Assembly: GCA_028534125.1 (NCBI GenBank)
Contig: CM052828.1
Coordinates: 60,574,001 to 60,638,000, forward strand
DNA: 64,000 nucleotides
Direction: 5' to 3'
Source of the DNA: Lama glama
Taxonomy: Eukaryota
The notes under the pieces: model-generated
The model's database searches: none
Told to the model about the DNA's origin: nothing
What the model saw: only the letters and a program-made list of their open reading frames with translations
Part shown: in pieces, positions 1-12,389 of the stretch
How the letters are laid out: every line of letters starts with the position of its first letter
Position numbering within the stretch: position 1 is the stretch's first letter
Program-made: the position numbers and the translations under genes

Positions 1-1876
1 CCCCCACCCTACGGGGTGGCCCGGATCCTCCGGGAGGCCCCGGCCGCATTTAAAGCACACGCACACGCGCGCGCACCTGGGAAGCCCTCCAGGGAGGGCC
101 TGGAGCGGCTGCAGACTGTCTGTGTGCCAGTCTGGCTGGCCCACGCCTCTGGGAAGGTGAAGGTGTTCACCGTGACCTTCACACAAAGCACGAGGGTCTT
201 GGCCTTGCCCCTTGTTTAACTTGCCAGCACTGAGTCTGTCGTTGAGAGATCTGATGCTAAGAGCTGTAACATCTCCAGTTTGAAGTCTTGAGCTGTAAAG
301 CTCTGAGTCTGGGTGCCAAGAGCTTTCCTGACCCAGGAAATGCACCATTTTGCTTTCGATAAAAGCACAGCCGTGGACAGTTCTAACGTCGCCCTTTGTG
401 TGCGGCGGCCGGGCGGCGTGCTCACGGGGTAAGTGCAAGTGACGGAACGGACGCGGGGACTCAGAGACTCGTGTGACGCGTTGCTTTTCTGGAAGGCGAG
501 CGGCGCCCGCCACTTCCCCAGGCCTGTGTGTGTTCCAAAACTGAGCCATCGGTCTGTTCTCGCAGAGGTGGAGACAATTACTTAAGGGTGCTCCAGAAAT
601 TCCCAAATACAAAGATTAATTAATAGTCATTTCTAGATTTCAAGAAAACAGCTGTTTGAGAGAAAACGGCCATAAAACTGCTCTGTGCCCGCGCTCAGTT
701 GATCAGGCCCGTGCAAATGCAGTGTAGTTACCGCTGCCTTTGGCCATGTGAGTTAAGAAGCACCAAACTCACACTGCATCTGTCTTGGGAACGAGCAGGG
801 AGAAATGGCTGATACAATGGACGACTGCTCTTCTGTGCAGATTTGGGAATGCAAGCTCTGTTCCGAGCTGCACAGGGCGTGAGTGTGCACGTGGGGAGGA
901 GTCTTTTTCTCTAAAAGTGTCTGACCTCAGAAGGCAGCCTCACATGGGCGAAGGAACACATCTGGAGACTCTGTGTCCCTCGAGTGACACTCTCAGGAAG
1001 TCTTTAAGTCCTGCCATCTCTGGGAACAGGAACAGGGCTTCGGCCCCTGGAGATCCCAGGGGCCCGCCAGGCCCTGCTCCGATGCGCAAGGCCCTCCGGC
1101 CAAGCAGAGCGTGCGGTGCGCTTAAACCAAGGAGACAGAGGTGGAATTTTAAGGCCGTGCAGAGGATGGAGGTTTCCCTCTGGAGTCATCTTCTCCATTC
1201 CAGGCACTGCTCCTCTGCATCCACTCTGCACAGGGTCCCATGTGCCCCCAGGGGTCTGCCAAGTTAGTGGCTTTAGTTAACCCAGAACGCTACTGTTTGA
1301 GAGTTTCACATTAAGGTTCATAATACAAAGAATAGCTTCTTTCTTTCAATCAAGTTAAAGGCTTCAAGAAAATCCTCTTTTTCAACCCTTATGTTAGTAC
1401 CCACTATTTATATAGCTTAAAATAGATCTCAATGAACGTGACTTTTGAAACCAAAATGGAGTTTTAACAAGAATCCTGATTCATTCCTTAAAATAAGGAC
1501 ATTTTTTTCTCCATATCCAACAGCATACTTTTGTACCAAACACTCGGTTGGTTTCCTAAGCGTTAGCAGGCACCGAAGCGGAGGACGTCTCGGGGATGGG
1601 GGGGATGGGGGTTACCTGGTTGCTGTGGTTACCTCATCTCCTATTTCTAAGGAAAAGGGGGTCCTAATTTCTTTGGCCTTTTTGCACAGATCAAATTTTC
1701 TTTTCTTAATCATCTTCATTTCTAATACATTTCAGTGCTGAGCAGGGCAGAAGAGCCTTCTTCTCCCATGCTTGTGTTTCACACCCAACATCAGTGAGAG
1801 TGAGATGCCACACGTGCAGGTGGTAAACTGACCTGTGTCCCCAGGAATCGTCCTGCTCTGCTCCTGCTGAGCCACA

Positions 1877-2045
1877 GCATCAGTTACCTGTTGCTGTGTG
1901 GAGAGACGTCCCAAACTTGGCAGCAGACACTCCTCACGTGAGGTTCTGGAGTCAGCATTCAGAGAGCCTCCACGTGGCGGGTCAGCTCAGGGCGACACAG
2001 CGGGGCTGCCATCATCCGGAGGCTTGGCTGGGTGGTTCCTGATGG
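1877..2045 (-). mobile_element. Old MaLR LTR fragment (MLT1H/I/J-like)
   Basis: tcagttacctgttgctgtgtg...cccaaacttggcagc...gttctggagtcagcattcagagag resembles the reverse-strand MLT1 3' end; heavily decayed. Confidence 0.45.
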
Positions 2046-2169
2046 TAGAGATGGCCAGTGACGTTTGAGGAAGCTGATACTTAACGTTCAGTTTCAGATC
2101 CTTCCCTATGCTGTGCACAGTCACCTCTAAAGGGACACTTTCAGATCCAGATCCAGATTCACAGCCACA

Positions 2170-2685
2170 GGTATTTATAGACATTATTATAAACCAGAAA
2201 ACATTGGAAATACCCCCAAAATGGCAGCTCTGGGACTCCAACCCTTCAGAAAATCGGATGCACACACTGCCTGTCTGCCTGGCATCGGGAAGGAACGAAG
2301 GAAGGAGGGAAGGTCTACGGTGGAAAAAGAGACCCACGCTGAGGCTGGCCCTTGACTCCAGCTGCTGAGTGAAGATGCAGAATTTTCATCAAGAAGGACA
2401 TTGGAGCAAATGTGAACAAGGGAAACCCCCACTGTCTGGAGACCCCAGGATAGTGAGGGATGGGGAGGTGTGTGAAGCTGGGAGGGGGACCTGAGGTGCC
2501 TCAACATTTATTCTAGAAGGAGAAGGAACTAGGGAGCCTCCAGACAGACATGACGACCTAAGTACAAAAAAGTCAAACACTAAGAGTGTGTATGCACAGG
2601 AAAACAAAGAAATCCACCAAAATCTAAACGGCCGTTGTCTCTGGATCGGGGTGTCATTCATGTGCCCTTCTTGTTTTAATTTTAA
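2170..2685 (+). mobile_element. Decayed old L1 (L1MC/L1ME-like) 3' fragments
   Basis: ataaaccagaaaacattggaaatacccc and aaatccaccaaaatctaaacggccgttgtctctgg...cttcttgttttaatttt resemble L1M 3'-end text. Confidence 0.35.
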
Positions 2686-2859
2686 AAAAAATCTTATGTT
2701 TAAATTTTTTAGAGGAGGAATGAATCCATTTTTAATGTACACTCTTTTCGATGGAACGTTTAAAAACTTCATGCACATTCAAATTCACTTGTCTGGATGC
2801 CCCTTCTGCAAGTTTTGCCAAATGCAAAGAGCAAGTAACCACGCCCACAGGGACAAGAC

Positions 2860-3480
2860 CGCCCAGCGCCGTCCTCCGCCGCATCCCCTGAGGCCGTTCA
2901 GCAGGGCAGCCCCCGCCTGCGCCGGCGCGTGCTGAGCACGGAGCCGAGGCTCCCGCGGCCGGCCGCCCACCCCCGGGAGCCCGCGGGGCCGCGCCCGCCC
3001 GCGCACAGCTGCTCCGCGGGCTCGAGGCCCGTTTCCGCCGTCGGGCGGGAGGGAGGCGGCTTGACCGTCCATCCTCCCTTGAGGGCCATCTGGGTTCTTT
3101 CCTACCCCAAAACAGGAAGTGCAGGCATGTGTGGAAGCGTCTTGGGGTCTGTCCGTGTTGTGAGCGCAGCTTTCGTTTCCTCTGGGCGCAGACAAGGGCA
3201 GGGGCTTGGACGGCTCGTTCTCATGGTCAAGTTCCGTTTCTTGGCCCCTCCCGACGTGCTCGCGGGCTGTCTGAGCCGCTCTGCGCTGCGCGAGGACCCC
3301 GGTGCCCCGCGTCCCTCGGCCGCCCGGCCGCGGGGTCTCCAGCCTGTTTCGCGGGTAAACCGCGCGCGTTACTGCAGCAGCGCCCAGCTGCGCTCGGCCT
3401 GCGTTTCCGCGGCGACTGGCGCCTCCGAGCGCTTTGTCCACGTGCTTGTCGCGCGTCCTTCGGTGAAACGTGTGCTCAGA
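2860..3480. promoter_or_regulatory. CpG-island-like patch derived from L1 sequence
   Basis: About 84% GC and about 18 CpG in 2881-3000 (hand count); colinear with the L1 3' end. Confidence 0.6.
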
Positions 3481-4001
3481 CGTTTTGCCAGGTTTAGATC
3501 GGGCTGCTTCGTTCCTTACAGTTGGGTTGGGGGTTCTTTATGTTCTCGCTACGCAAGTCCTTCGCTAGGCATGTGATTTACAAATAGTTTTCCTAATCTG
3601 TATTGTATTTTTATTTTCTTATTAATGACTTAGGCAGAGCAACGTTTCGAATTTTGATGAAGGCCCATTTACACATTTTTCCTATGTGGACCATGATTTT
3701 GATGTAACTAACAAGTTCCTGCTGAACCCAAGGTCATAGTGGTTTTCTCCTATATCTTCCTCTAAAATGTTTATAATTTTGAGTTTTACATTTAGGGCTA
3801 TGATGGAGGCTCTCCCCCCGCCCCGTCTGGCTGTCCGGTGGCTCCACCTGAAAAGGCTGTCTCCCTTACACCGCACTGCCTTTGTAAGCATGTCGAAGAT
3901 CAGCCAACCACATGTGTGTCTCTTTTATTGATCTACGTGTCCCTTTTGCCAACGTAAATAACGCTGTCTTGATTCTGGAAGCTTTAGAGTAAGTATTGAG
4001 A

Positions 4002-4310
4002 TCAGATAATTTTAACTTTGTTCCTTTTCAAAATTGTCTGGGCAGCTGTAGTATTTGCCTTTCGAGTAACTTTCAGCGCCTGTTTGTCTATTCTAAAAGA
4101 AACTCGCTGGGGTTTGATTAGGATTGCCTCGGATCTGCAGAGCGATTTTGAAAGAGCCGACACGCTAGCCCTAGCGTGTCTTCCAGGCCAGGCACGCAGT
4201 GTGTCTCTCCATTTATTTAGATTTTCTCTTACTTCTTTCATCGATGTTTTATAGTTTCCAGCACACAGATCCTGCACATATTTAGTGACAAGGATACTTA
4301 AGTATTTCAT
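4002..4310 (-). pseudogene. LINE-1 ORF2p remnant (region C-terminal to the RT core)
   Basis: KYLSILVTKYVQDLCAGNYKTSMKEVRENLNKWRD aligns by eye to L1 ORF2 [35 protein letters not shown]; neighbouring pieces LNVKLKIINILEEDIGE, IAREVLANEVRQE and RELEKQ also match ORF2. Confidence 0.9.
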
Positions 4311-7300
4311 TCTTTTATGCTACAGCTAAAGTGGTAGTTTTAAAACTCTGACTTCCATTTGTTCGTCTCTGAGATGCAGACAGACAGCTGATGTTTTACA
4401 CTGGCCGTGCGTCCTGTGAACTCGCGGCGGGATCTTGCCGCGTCCCCAGGGCGTGCTGCGTGGACAACCACGTCGCCTGTGAGTAGGGACGGTTTTGTTT
4501 CTCCTTTGCAGTCTGTGTGCTCTGGCTTCTTGTCTGACTTCGTTGGCGAGGACTTCCCGCGCGATGTCGGCGGAATCGGACGTGGGGAGGTTAGCGGTCT
4601 CACCCTCGATGACGTGTTTACTGACTTTCAAATACTGAACCTGCCTTGCCCTCCCTACTTGCTTATGATCCTTATTATAAGCGGCCACTTCTGTTCGCTG
4701 TTTCCCTGAGGATGTCTGTGTCCATGTTCATGAAGAACACGGGCCTGTCACTTTTGTGTTAGGGTGATGGGGACCCCACGAAGTGGGCTGGGAAGGGTTC
4801 CTGCCTCTTCCGGTTTCTGGAAGAGGTTGTGCAGATTAGTATAGTATCTTGCTTAGATACTTGATAGAATTTTCAAGTGAAATCATCTGGGCTTCGAGAC
4901 GTTTTCAAGAAGTTTTTAAGTGTGGCTTCCATTTCTTTAATAGATACAGACAGTTTGGGTTTTCTGTTCTCATTGAGTGAGTTTTTGTTGTCTTTCAAGG
5001 GACTGGTCATTTAATCTAAGTTCGCACATGTGGTTGACAAGTTGCCCCAGTTTCCCAGCTCTTGCCCACGTCTCTAGGCCTGCAGTGACCCCCCGACCCC
5101 CGAGAGGCACTATCGTATCTCGGCTTTGTCCTCTGTCCGTCTGGCTGGAAGCTCATCAGCTTTGCTGATGCTGTCAGCGAAGCAGCTTTTGGCCCCACGG
5201 GTACCTGCCTTGCTGCTGCCGCCCTTCCTCTTGCTTTGGCTCCTTTGTGCTTGTTTCTCTAGCTCCCTCGTGCTTCGAAGCTTATTTACTTTCAAACGTG
5301 AACGTTTCCATCTGTTTCTCCCTGAGCACGGCTCCAGCCAGTCCCTCCAGCCCGGACGTGTTGTGTTTTAGTTCTTATTCAGCTAATAAAGATTTTCTGC
5401 GTCTCCTGGGAGTACTTAAGCTACTTTCTCCTTGACTTACGGCTTACTTAGAAATGTGTTGTTTAATATGCAGAACACTGGGGATCTTCCAGGTATCTTT
5501 TGGCTATTGGCTGCCTTCTTAATTCCACTGTGTTAACCAATCTAATTTATATGACCGCCATTCTTTTAAAACCTTTAGGGTGGGTTTGGTGACAGGCCAC
5601 GTGATCTCGCTCGGTGAACGTTCCCGGTCTTCCGCCGCGTGGAGCTCTGGCAGCGTCAGAGTCAAGCTGGCTCACGGCGTTGCTCAGCTCTTCGGTACCC
5701 GCGGTAATGCCCTGGGCATGTGAGCTGCTGACTGGTGTCCGAGGGAATCACCGAAGGGCTGGAGGCCCTTCTGACCAGAGGGCCCCTCGTCCTCTGTGCC
5801 CCAAGGCGGGTCCTGCTGAAGAGACCTCTTCAGCTCTGGTTGGCCTCAGGGCAGGACGGGGGTCGGAGCCCTTGGGCTGGGGGCCCCCTGTCTGTTTCGC
5901 TCTGCTTTCCCTCCAGTTGCCTGAATGGTCATCGCCCTGATTGCTGGTGGGGGGGGGGTGCTGTGGGCCATTCGTGGTTGTTTACCCAGAGCCAGACCTC
6001 AGGCTCCGCCTCTGAGGCTGGATGGACAGGCTTTGCCCTGCAGCCCTCGGGGCCCCTCTCACCCCTGACTCCCCTGCTCCTCTGCAGCCCCCGCTCCTCA
6101 TCCTTCCTCATTCTCTTTCCTCCAAATCAATTCCTTTCCCCCAGGCTCATCTTCAAACTTGCTTGATACACAGTCTCTCTGCTCAGTCACTCTCTGAAGC
6201 TTTCTCTTAGATAAAAGAACACGCTATACAAACCCTAGAAACCCACTTTACAAACTGAAGTCAATAGCGCCCTGCATAGATATGAAGGTGACAACGCGCG
6301 CTCCTCTCATCCGGGGAGGGAGCAGGGGTCACACTGCAGGTGTGCGCTTTGGGGAGACATCCTGTAAACGGCAGCAACACGCCAACAGAATGTTCCCCGC
6401 GGGGCAGTGTTGCGGGGCAGGAACATCTTGTTGGGGGTTCACAGGGGGCAACACACAAAATGAGAGATTCAAAAGAGGTGAGTAACGTTGAAAACCAAAT
6501 AGAAAGTACCAGCGTGACCCTGATGACACACAAAGGTTATGGAAAGCGCACCAGAGCCCAGTGTGGTGTTGATGGAAGTGACCTGTTTCGGTTAAGTTGT
6601 TTAATGGATCAAAAAGCTCACCTACAATTCAGGCGAGAGAAGAGCTCCTCTGAAGACCGTTCCTTGGACTTCTCCGTCCTTCGTTGGTGGGAACTAAGTT
6701 AATTGAGTTCCTGGAACTTGGGCCAGTGGGAATCGGTCAGGATGTCAGGAAGGAGGATCGGTAAGTGGCTGGCGGAGCTTCTACCTGCAGACAGCCCCCC
6801 AGCGCGGAGGGAAGAGGAGGTGGGGGCGGGGCGGTTCTTCCTTGTCAAATACAGCGGCCCCTCAGGTGATCGCTGTGTCCTCAGCGCGAATCCTCACAGT
6901 CTGTGATGGCAGTTAGGGGGTCACTGGGGTAAAACCCAGTGTACCAGTCGCTCTAACCAGCTGAACTTCACTGCCACATCTCACGTCTCTGTGGCGGAGT
7001 GATATCCGAGGTTCAAAGCCCGGCACGGTCATGAGGGGTCTTTGAATAGTCAGACCTAAATCCTACTTGGTGACCTTTGGAGGGTGAGTACCAACAGGCT
7101 GCTGCTCCTGAGCAGGTCACCCCCACATGCCCCGATGCCCACCTGGGTGCCTGGGCATCCCAAATCCCCAGTCGGGGCTCCCTGCCACCCAGGGGCCGCC
7201 CCTGCCTGCGCCCCCCCACCTGCTCATGCACCATCTGCCCGCTCTTCCCTCCTTGCCTACATCCACTCTGTGCCCCCACAGAGCATCAGAGAGCCTTTAG

Positions 7301-8619
7301 GATAACCAGTCAGATCAGGAGACTTCTTCCGTGAAACCCACCCTGGACTGTGGTCCCCAGGGTCCTGCGCACACTGCCCCAACCTGGCGGCCCCCACCCC
7401 CTGCCCAACCACGGGGCCTCCACCCCTCTGCTGGGTCACCTCAGGGCTTCTTCATTTGCTCTTCCCTCGGCCCACAGTGCTCTTCCCACGACTGGGACTC
7501 ACCTTACATGTCCCCGGCGTGGAGGCCACCCAGCAGCGGACAAGGCCGCTGCGTGGACCACCCCGGCTCTCCTGTGCGGGGGAGGCCCTGGGCTCGCCCA
7601 CCTGGAACCAGACCCTGGCCTGTGGCAGGTTCCTGATGACACTCGTCAGTGGAAACAGGAAAACACAGCTTCTTACGCAGCAGAGGAACCCACTCGCTGG
7701 CCAAGAGAGAGGAGAAGGGCTTGTTTGAACTGTTCTTAGAGTTTATGTCGGTATTTGGGAACTTGAGGGTTGTCATGTGTGTGGAGAGCTGGGAGGATGG
7801 ACAGACAGCCAGACGTCCGAGCAGCAGCTGCACAGGGCGGCTGGGGCTCCTCACCGCAGGGAGGGGACAAGCGACACTGAAGGGAAAGCAGAGGGCAGGA
7901 CGGGACCTGGATGAGAGACGCCGGCAGGGATGCCGGCTGGATGAGCTGGACGCCCACAGAGCGGCTGCGGGGGGTGGCACTAAACCGAACCGGTCTGGCC
8001 CATGCACCCATTGTCCCGTGTGTCACTCGCTGTCTCACAAACACCGCACACACTCCTCCTCAGACGCCCGAGTCCGTTTTCGTAAACACAGAGTGGGAGT
8101 GGAACCAAGCCTCCCACAGGCCAGCCGGGGCCGCACAGCCAGAGACGCCGGTCCACGTGCCTTTGTTTTAAGACCAACAGTGGTGGCCGTCGTGACCCAG
8201 GAGGAGGACGTTTTCTGGCAGTTAGCGGGTGACCAGAGGAGTTTTCAAACCTGGAGGGAAACCGAAGACCCTTAAGGAGAAAAGCCAGTGCAAGTGGCCC
8301 GCTGGTCATTAATCACTGGGAGTCGGCCGACCTGGGGGCGGGGCAGCACTACTGCTGTTACAAACTATACAAGTGGGAAGAAGAGAGCAATTACCTCCTT
8401 CATACACTGAAACGTTGGATGCTGGCGCTTGTTGCCATGGACACACTGGGCTGTTCACAGCTGGGCTCTGCCTGGCCCCGGGGCCTGCTCGGGGCCGCGG
8501 GCAGCGCAGCACCGCTCCCTCAGTGACATTCATTAGGGTGCCTTTTTCCAGGGAGTCCTTCCTTCAAAAAGAAAACCCAGTTGGCTCTGCACGTGCCTCA
8601 CCAGTCACCGCACACGGGA

Positions 8620-9780
8620 AGGAGCAGGTGAGGCTGGCAGGCAGGACCCGAGGGGACCCATCGGCCGTGGGCTCAGCCCCAGGGGCCGGGCTCTGCCCGC
8701 GGCCAGAACCACGGGTTCCAGCAGCGCCCCCGTCGCCTGCTGCTTCTGGAACCGTGGCAGGTGTTCCTGATCCAGCCAGGGAGCCTGATCTTGGGGTTCT
8801 GCGGGGGTGCGGGGGCCGCGCAGGAGGGGTCTGGACACGCTGAAGGCCAAGCGGTCTGACGGACATCGGGAGGAAGGCCCCCCTCCAGCTCTTTCAGCAA
8901 AACCTGGGGAGTGCGAGGGAGCCTCGCCCTCTCGTGTAGGTGGACCGGGATTCGGGCGTCTCGGCGTCTGAGGGAACCGCGCTCCATCTGCCGGGGCTCG
9001 CAGCCGAGCGGCGGGGACCGGGGCAACGCTCACGGCCCGGGCCGGGCTGCCGTCCGGCCTCCTCCCCCGGGGGACGCCCTGCGGCTCAAGAAGAGACCGT
9101 TTTCTCCCTCTTCGCTAAGTGTCCCAGGAACTGTTCCCTTTGTGGAAGCAACGACATTCCCCTCAAAGAAAAAGGGACACGGGAGCCTCGGTTCCCGGGT
9201 GGAAAATGACCACAACCTCACGCCCATTTCCTGTGATGGGAAAAGGGAAATAACAATTACCTCGGTCCTCCATCACCCGGAGAAAAGGAGTTTTTGGCAA
9301 GAGACAAAAAGCGTGATAAGAGCAAGACTTTTATAAGTGAACTAAAACAAAATAGTGGACGATGGCGCACCCCCAAGACCTGGGCGCGGCCAGGCCGAGA
9401 GGGGAAGGCTGGGCCTCTCCCGTGCTTTTCCGGGTCTCAGGCTTGATTGATTGATTGATTGACTGATTGACAGCTCAGGTTCCCTGCGCTCCGGCTGATT
9501 GACAGCTCGGGTTCCTTGTGCTCTGGATTTTCCCTTCCCCGTCCTCTCGCCCTGCCCAGCGCTCATTTCTGTCTGAACTTCCTAACAGGAACCACAGAAT
9601 TCTTCAAAAGATAGCTCCTTTGAAGGGAAAACAAACCAACTACGCCGGCTCCACGCAAGCCCAGCACACGCCAGCGCGCGGACCAAATCTACGGGCAGGT
9701 GGGAACCCACACCCTCGCCGACCCCAGTCTGGCCAAGTGTGCGGGCCACAGATGGGTGACGCTGTCTGGGAGCGGAGGGC
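8620..9780. promoter_or_regulatory. CpG-rich patch containing a TALE-homeodomain motif array
   Basis: Dense CpG at 8680-9090 and 9640-9750; TGATTGAT and TGATTGACAG array at 9444-9505. Confidence 0.45.
9444..9526 (+). repeat. (TGAT)n tetranucleotide tract followed by a 32-bp tandem duplication
   Basis: TGAT x4, TGAC, TGAT, TGAC at 9444-9471; units 9463-9494 and 9495-9526 are 28/32 identical. Confidence 0.95.
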
Positions 9781-11504
9781 CACCTTGCAGAGAGAGAACT
9801 TGGAAATTTTTGTAGCAATTTCACAAGTAATGCTCTGTCTGTTGGATCTCATAATTTAAAAAAAACCAGCTTGTCTCTTGAAGGTTATTTTTATTTCATT
9901 TTTCAGTAATGTTACTAAACCAAGCTTGGGTCCACAGCAAAGCCAATCTCCTGACACCAGGCTGCAGCAGAGGAAAGCGCAGGTTTGCTGCAGGGCTCAC
10001 AAGCGGCCTCAGGCAAGGTGGATGCGCAGCGCATGCTCAAAAGAGCCGAAGTCTCGAAGGCTCTCAGAGAATGGGTTCTCAAGCATCATGATGACCATCT
10101 TCAGAAGTTCTGAGTCCCTCACATAGGAACAAAGGTTGAATTTTTATTGCTCGGATGGGCTGAGCTAGGAGACTCAGGTTAGCATTAAGATGCAATGTCC
10201 CTTGAATTTCACTTGGCCTAGGCTAGAACCTTCTGGGCCAGCTGCCAGCAGGCCTGCTGTAGAGGGCTCCGGCGGGGGCCAGGGGTGTCTCCAGCGATGC
10301 TGAGCAGAGCGCTGTCTGGGCGGAAGAGGCGGAGCTCCCTGGTCTGGAATTTCACCTGCAATCGTACGTTGCGCTGAAATCAGGGAAGCCCTGACCGCAC
10401 CCCTGAGCTGCCTCGTGCACCAAGGACGGCCCTGCGACCTGTCCAGGAGCCGAGCTAGACCTCCTTTCCCGGAGAGGAGAGTCGAGGGTCACAGAGCAGT
10501 TTGGTTTGCAGCCCTGGCTGCGGGGACGGTCCCGTTCATCCCCCGGGACAATCACAAAGGACAGAGGTGAGGATGGGGATGGGCGCCCGTGCTGGCCTGT
10601 GCCCTCACATTCCAACTTTTATGTTTTCAGCTTCGAGCTGAAAGTAAAAATAAGTGAAAACAAGCTTTTTATTTTATTGTGGTTTCTTCCGTTCATTTAC
10701 CTTGTCAAAAAAGTATTACTTCCTCCAGTCCAGAGCTACGCGATCATTAACTCGCTAAGCAGGGCTCACTGTGTAAACACTTCGAGTGTTCATAGCCCTG
10801 CATCTCAGCAGCACAGAGAGGTTCAGACTCACTCACAAAGAGGCATTAAAATCAGAGCGTTTCTTTGGTGTGTTTATTCAGTCGTCTGTACCATCTTCAG
10901 AAAGACCTTGCTCGCGTCTTCAGAAGTCCCGTGGTCGGAAGAGAGACTTGACTTCCACGAGGCAGGCAGCCCGGCGAGTTTCCGGGCCGTCTGTCGCCTG
11001 CATGTGAGACGGGTGGGCTGCCTGGGCTCCGGGGGACGCACGCTGCGCAGGCGCTCGAGTTTGCCGAATCTGCTGCTGCTTTTTTAATTGAGCTAAGAGC
11101 AAGGTCTCGGCTCTAACCGCAGGGTTCATTTTGCCTCGGATCCTTTTTTCCTAGCAGAGCTCATCACACAAAGAGAGGTCTCTGATGCTTTTTGTTTTGT
11201 TTTGTCTTTTCCATTGCAGCAACATTTGCCAGAGATTCAGGCAACCATTGTTTGACGCTGAGCTGAAGGATCAGGAATCAGAGCCCTTTGGGGTCCTGCT
11301 TCTCGGGGCCGCGTTCCCCCGCGATGGAAACCGAGTTGTTTCCTAACATCCAGGCTGGAGTCACAATCGGCGGTCAAGCTGGGGAAAAGCAGGGCTTCTT
11401 CTGAAGGTGGGAGTTCCATAAGCGCAGGCCAAGGGTCTTTAAGGGGTGAGGGTAGAAATTAGCAATTGCATACATTTTTTATCCATTTATTTAAGGTTTT
11501 GAAC

Positions 11505-11796
11505 TTCCTTTTCTTACCGAAGTATGCATCAGTTGAGTTTTACAATGCTGTGTTAGTTTCTGTGCACGGCATGGTGACTCAGTTACACGCATGTACACAT
11601 TCCTTTCCACATTCTTTTCCATTCGAGGCCGTTACAAGGGACTGAATGCAGCTCCCCGGCTGCACAGCTGGTCCTTGCTGTTTATCGCTTCTATGTACAG
11701 TAGTCGTGCCTACGAATTCTGAGCTCCTGATTTATCCCTCCAGCTGCCCTCCACCCCCGTAAGTAACCGTAGGCTATTTTCTAGGCCTATGAGTCT
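11505..11796 (-). mobile_element. 5'-truncated L1 3' UTR (artiodactyl-type)
   Basis: gaagtat...agttgagttttacaatgctgtgttagtttctg...gtccttgctgtttatc...tttatccctcc...gtaaccgtagg...tgagtct is the reverse complement of the L1 3' end seen at 29432 and 48191. Confidence 0.85.
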
Positions 11797-12230
11797 CACA
11801 GACTCATAAAGTCTTAAAAGCAGTATTCAGTCTTGGTTAACATGCAAGAATATTTCACTTGAAGATGCTCAGTGTCATGACTTCCAAGAACGGCCCCACT
11901 GTCCTCAAGTCCGAGGCGTCTGGGGGGCCCGTGTGTGGGATCTGTGGGCTCGGGGACTACACGCCACGTGCAGATGTACGTGCACACACAGTCCTGTGTG
12001 CCGAACGCATGGTATTTTATGTAATTACACACATAATGCATTTTAGCCAAACACACAAAGAAGATTTTCATAATGCCACTTAGGGTCTAGATCTAACTTA
12101 AACCACCACTTAGTCTATCCCTCTTAATAGGATACTAAAAGGAAATTTTATGACAACATTATCAGTAGCATTTTGCTGATAATTAGAATAACAATAATAA
12201 TACCGAGATATTTCTTCAGTAATAATGGAG

Positions 12231-12386
12231 NNNNNNNNNNNNNNNNNNNNNNNNNNNNNNNNNNNNNNNNNNNNNNNNNNNNNNNNNNNNNNNNNNNNNN
12301 NNNNNNNNNNNNNNNNNNNNNNNNNNNNNNNNNNNNNNNNNNNNNNNNNNNNNNNNNNNNNNNNNNNNNNNNNNNNNNNNNNNNNN
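12231..12386. other. Assembly gap (156 N)
   Basis: Run of n characters. Confidence 1.
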
Positions 12387-12389
12387 ATT

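Larger units (their letters stand above)
2745..5850 (-). mobile_element. Ancient LINE-1 (L1MB-like), 3' UTR plus internally deleted ORF2
   Basis: 3' end motif aagttttgccaaatgca...gtaaccac at about 2810-2842; ORF2 peptide remnants in the ORF track at 3682-3891, 4002-4310, 4326-4688 and 5110-5295; endonuclease-region text ttagaaatgtgttgtttaat...ggggatcttccaggtatc at about 5448-5500. Confidence 0.9.

Noticed and set aside
66-80. 15-mer cgcgcgcgcacctgg repeated at 12877-12891
   Set aside because: Low complexity, and a couple of chance 15-mer matches are expected in 64 kb
9463-9526. 32-bp repeats as a CRISPR-like array
   Set aside because: Two abutting copies, no spacers, eukaryotic context
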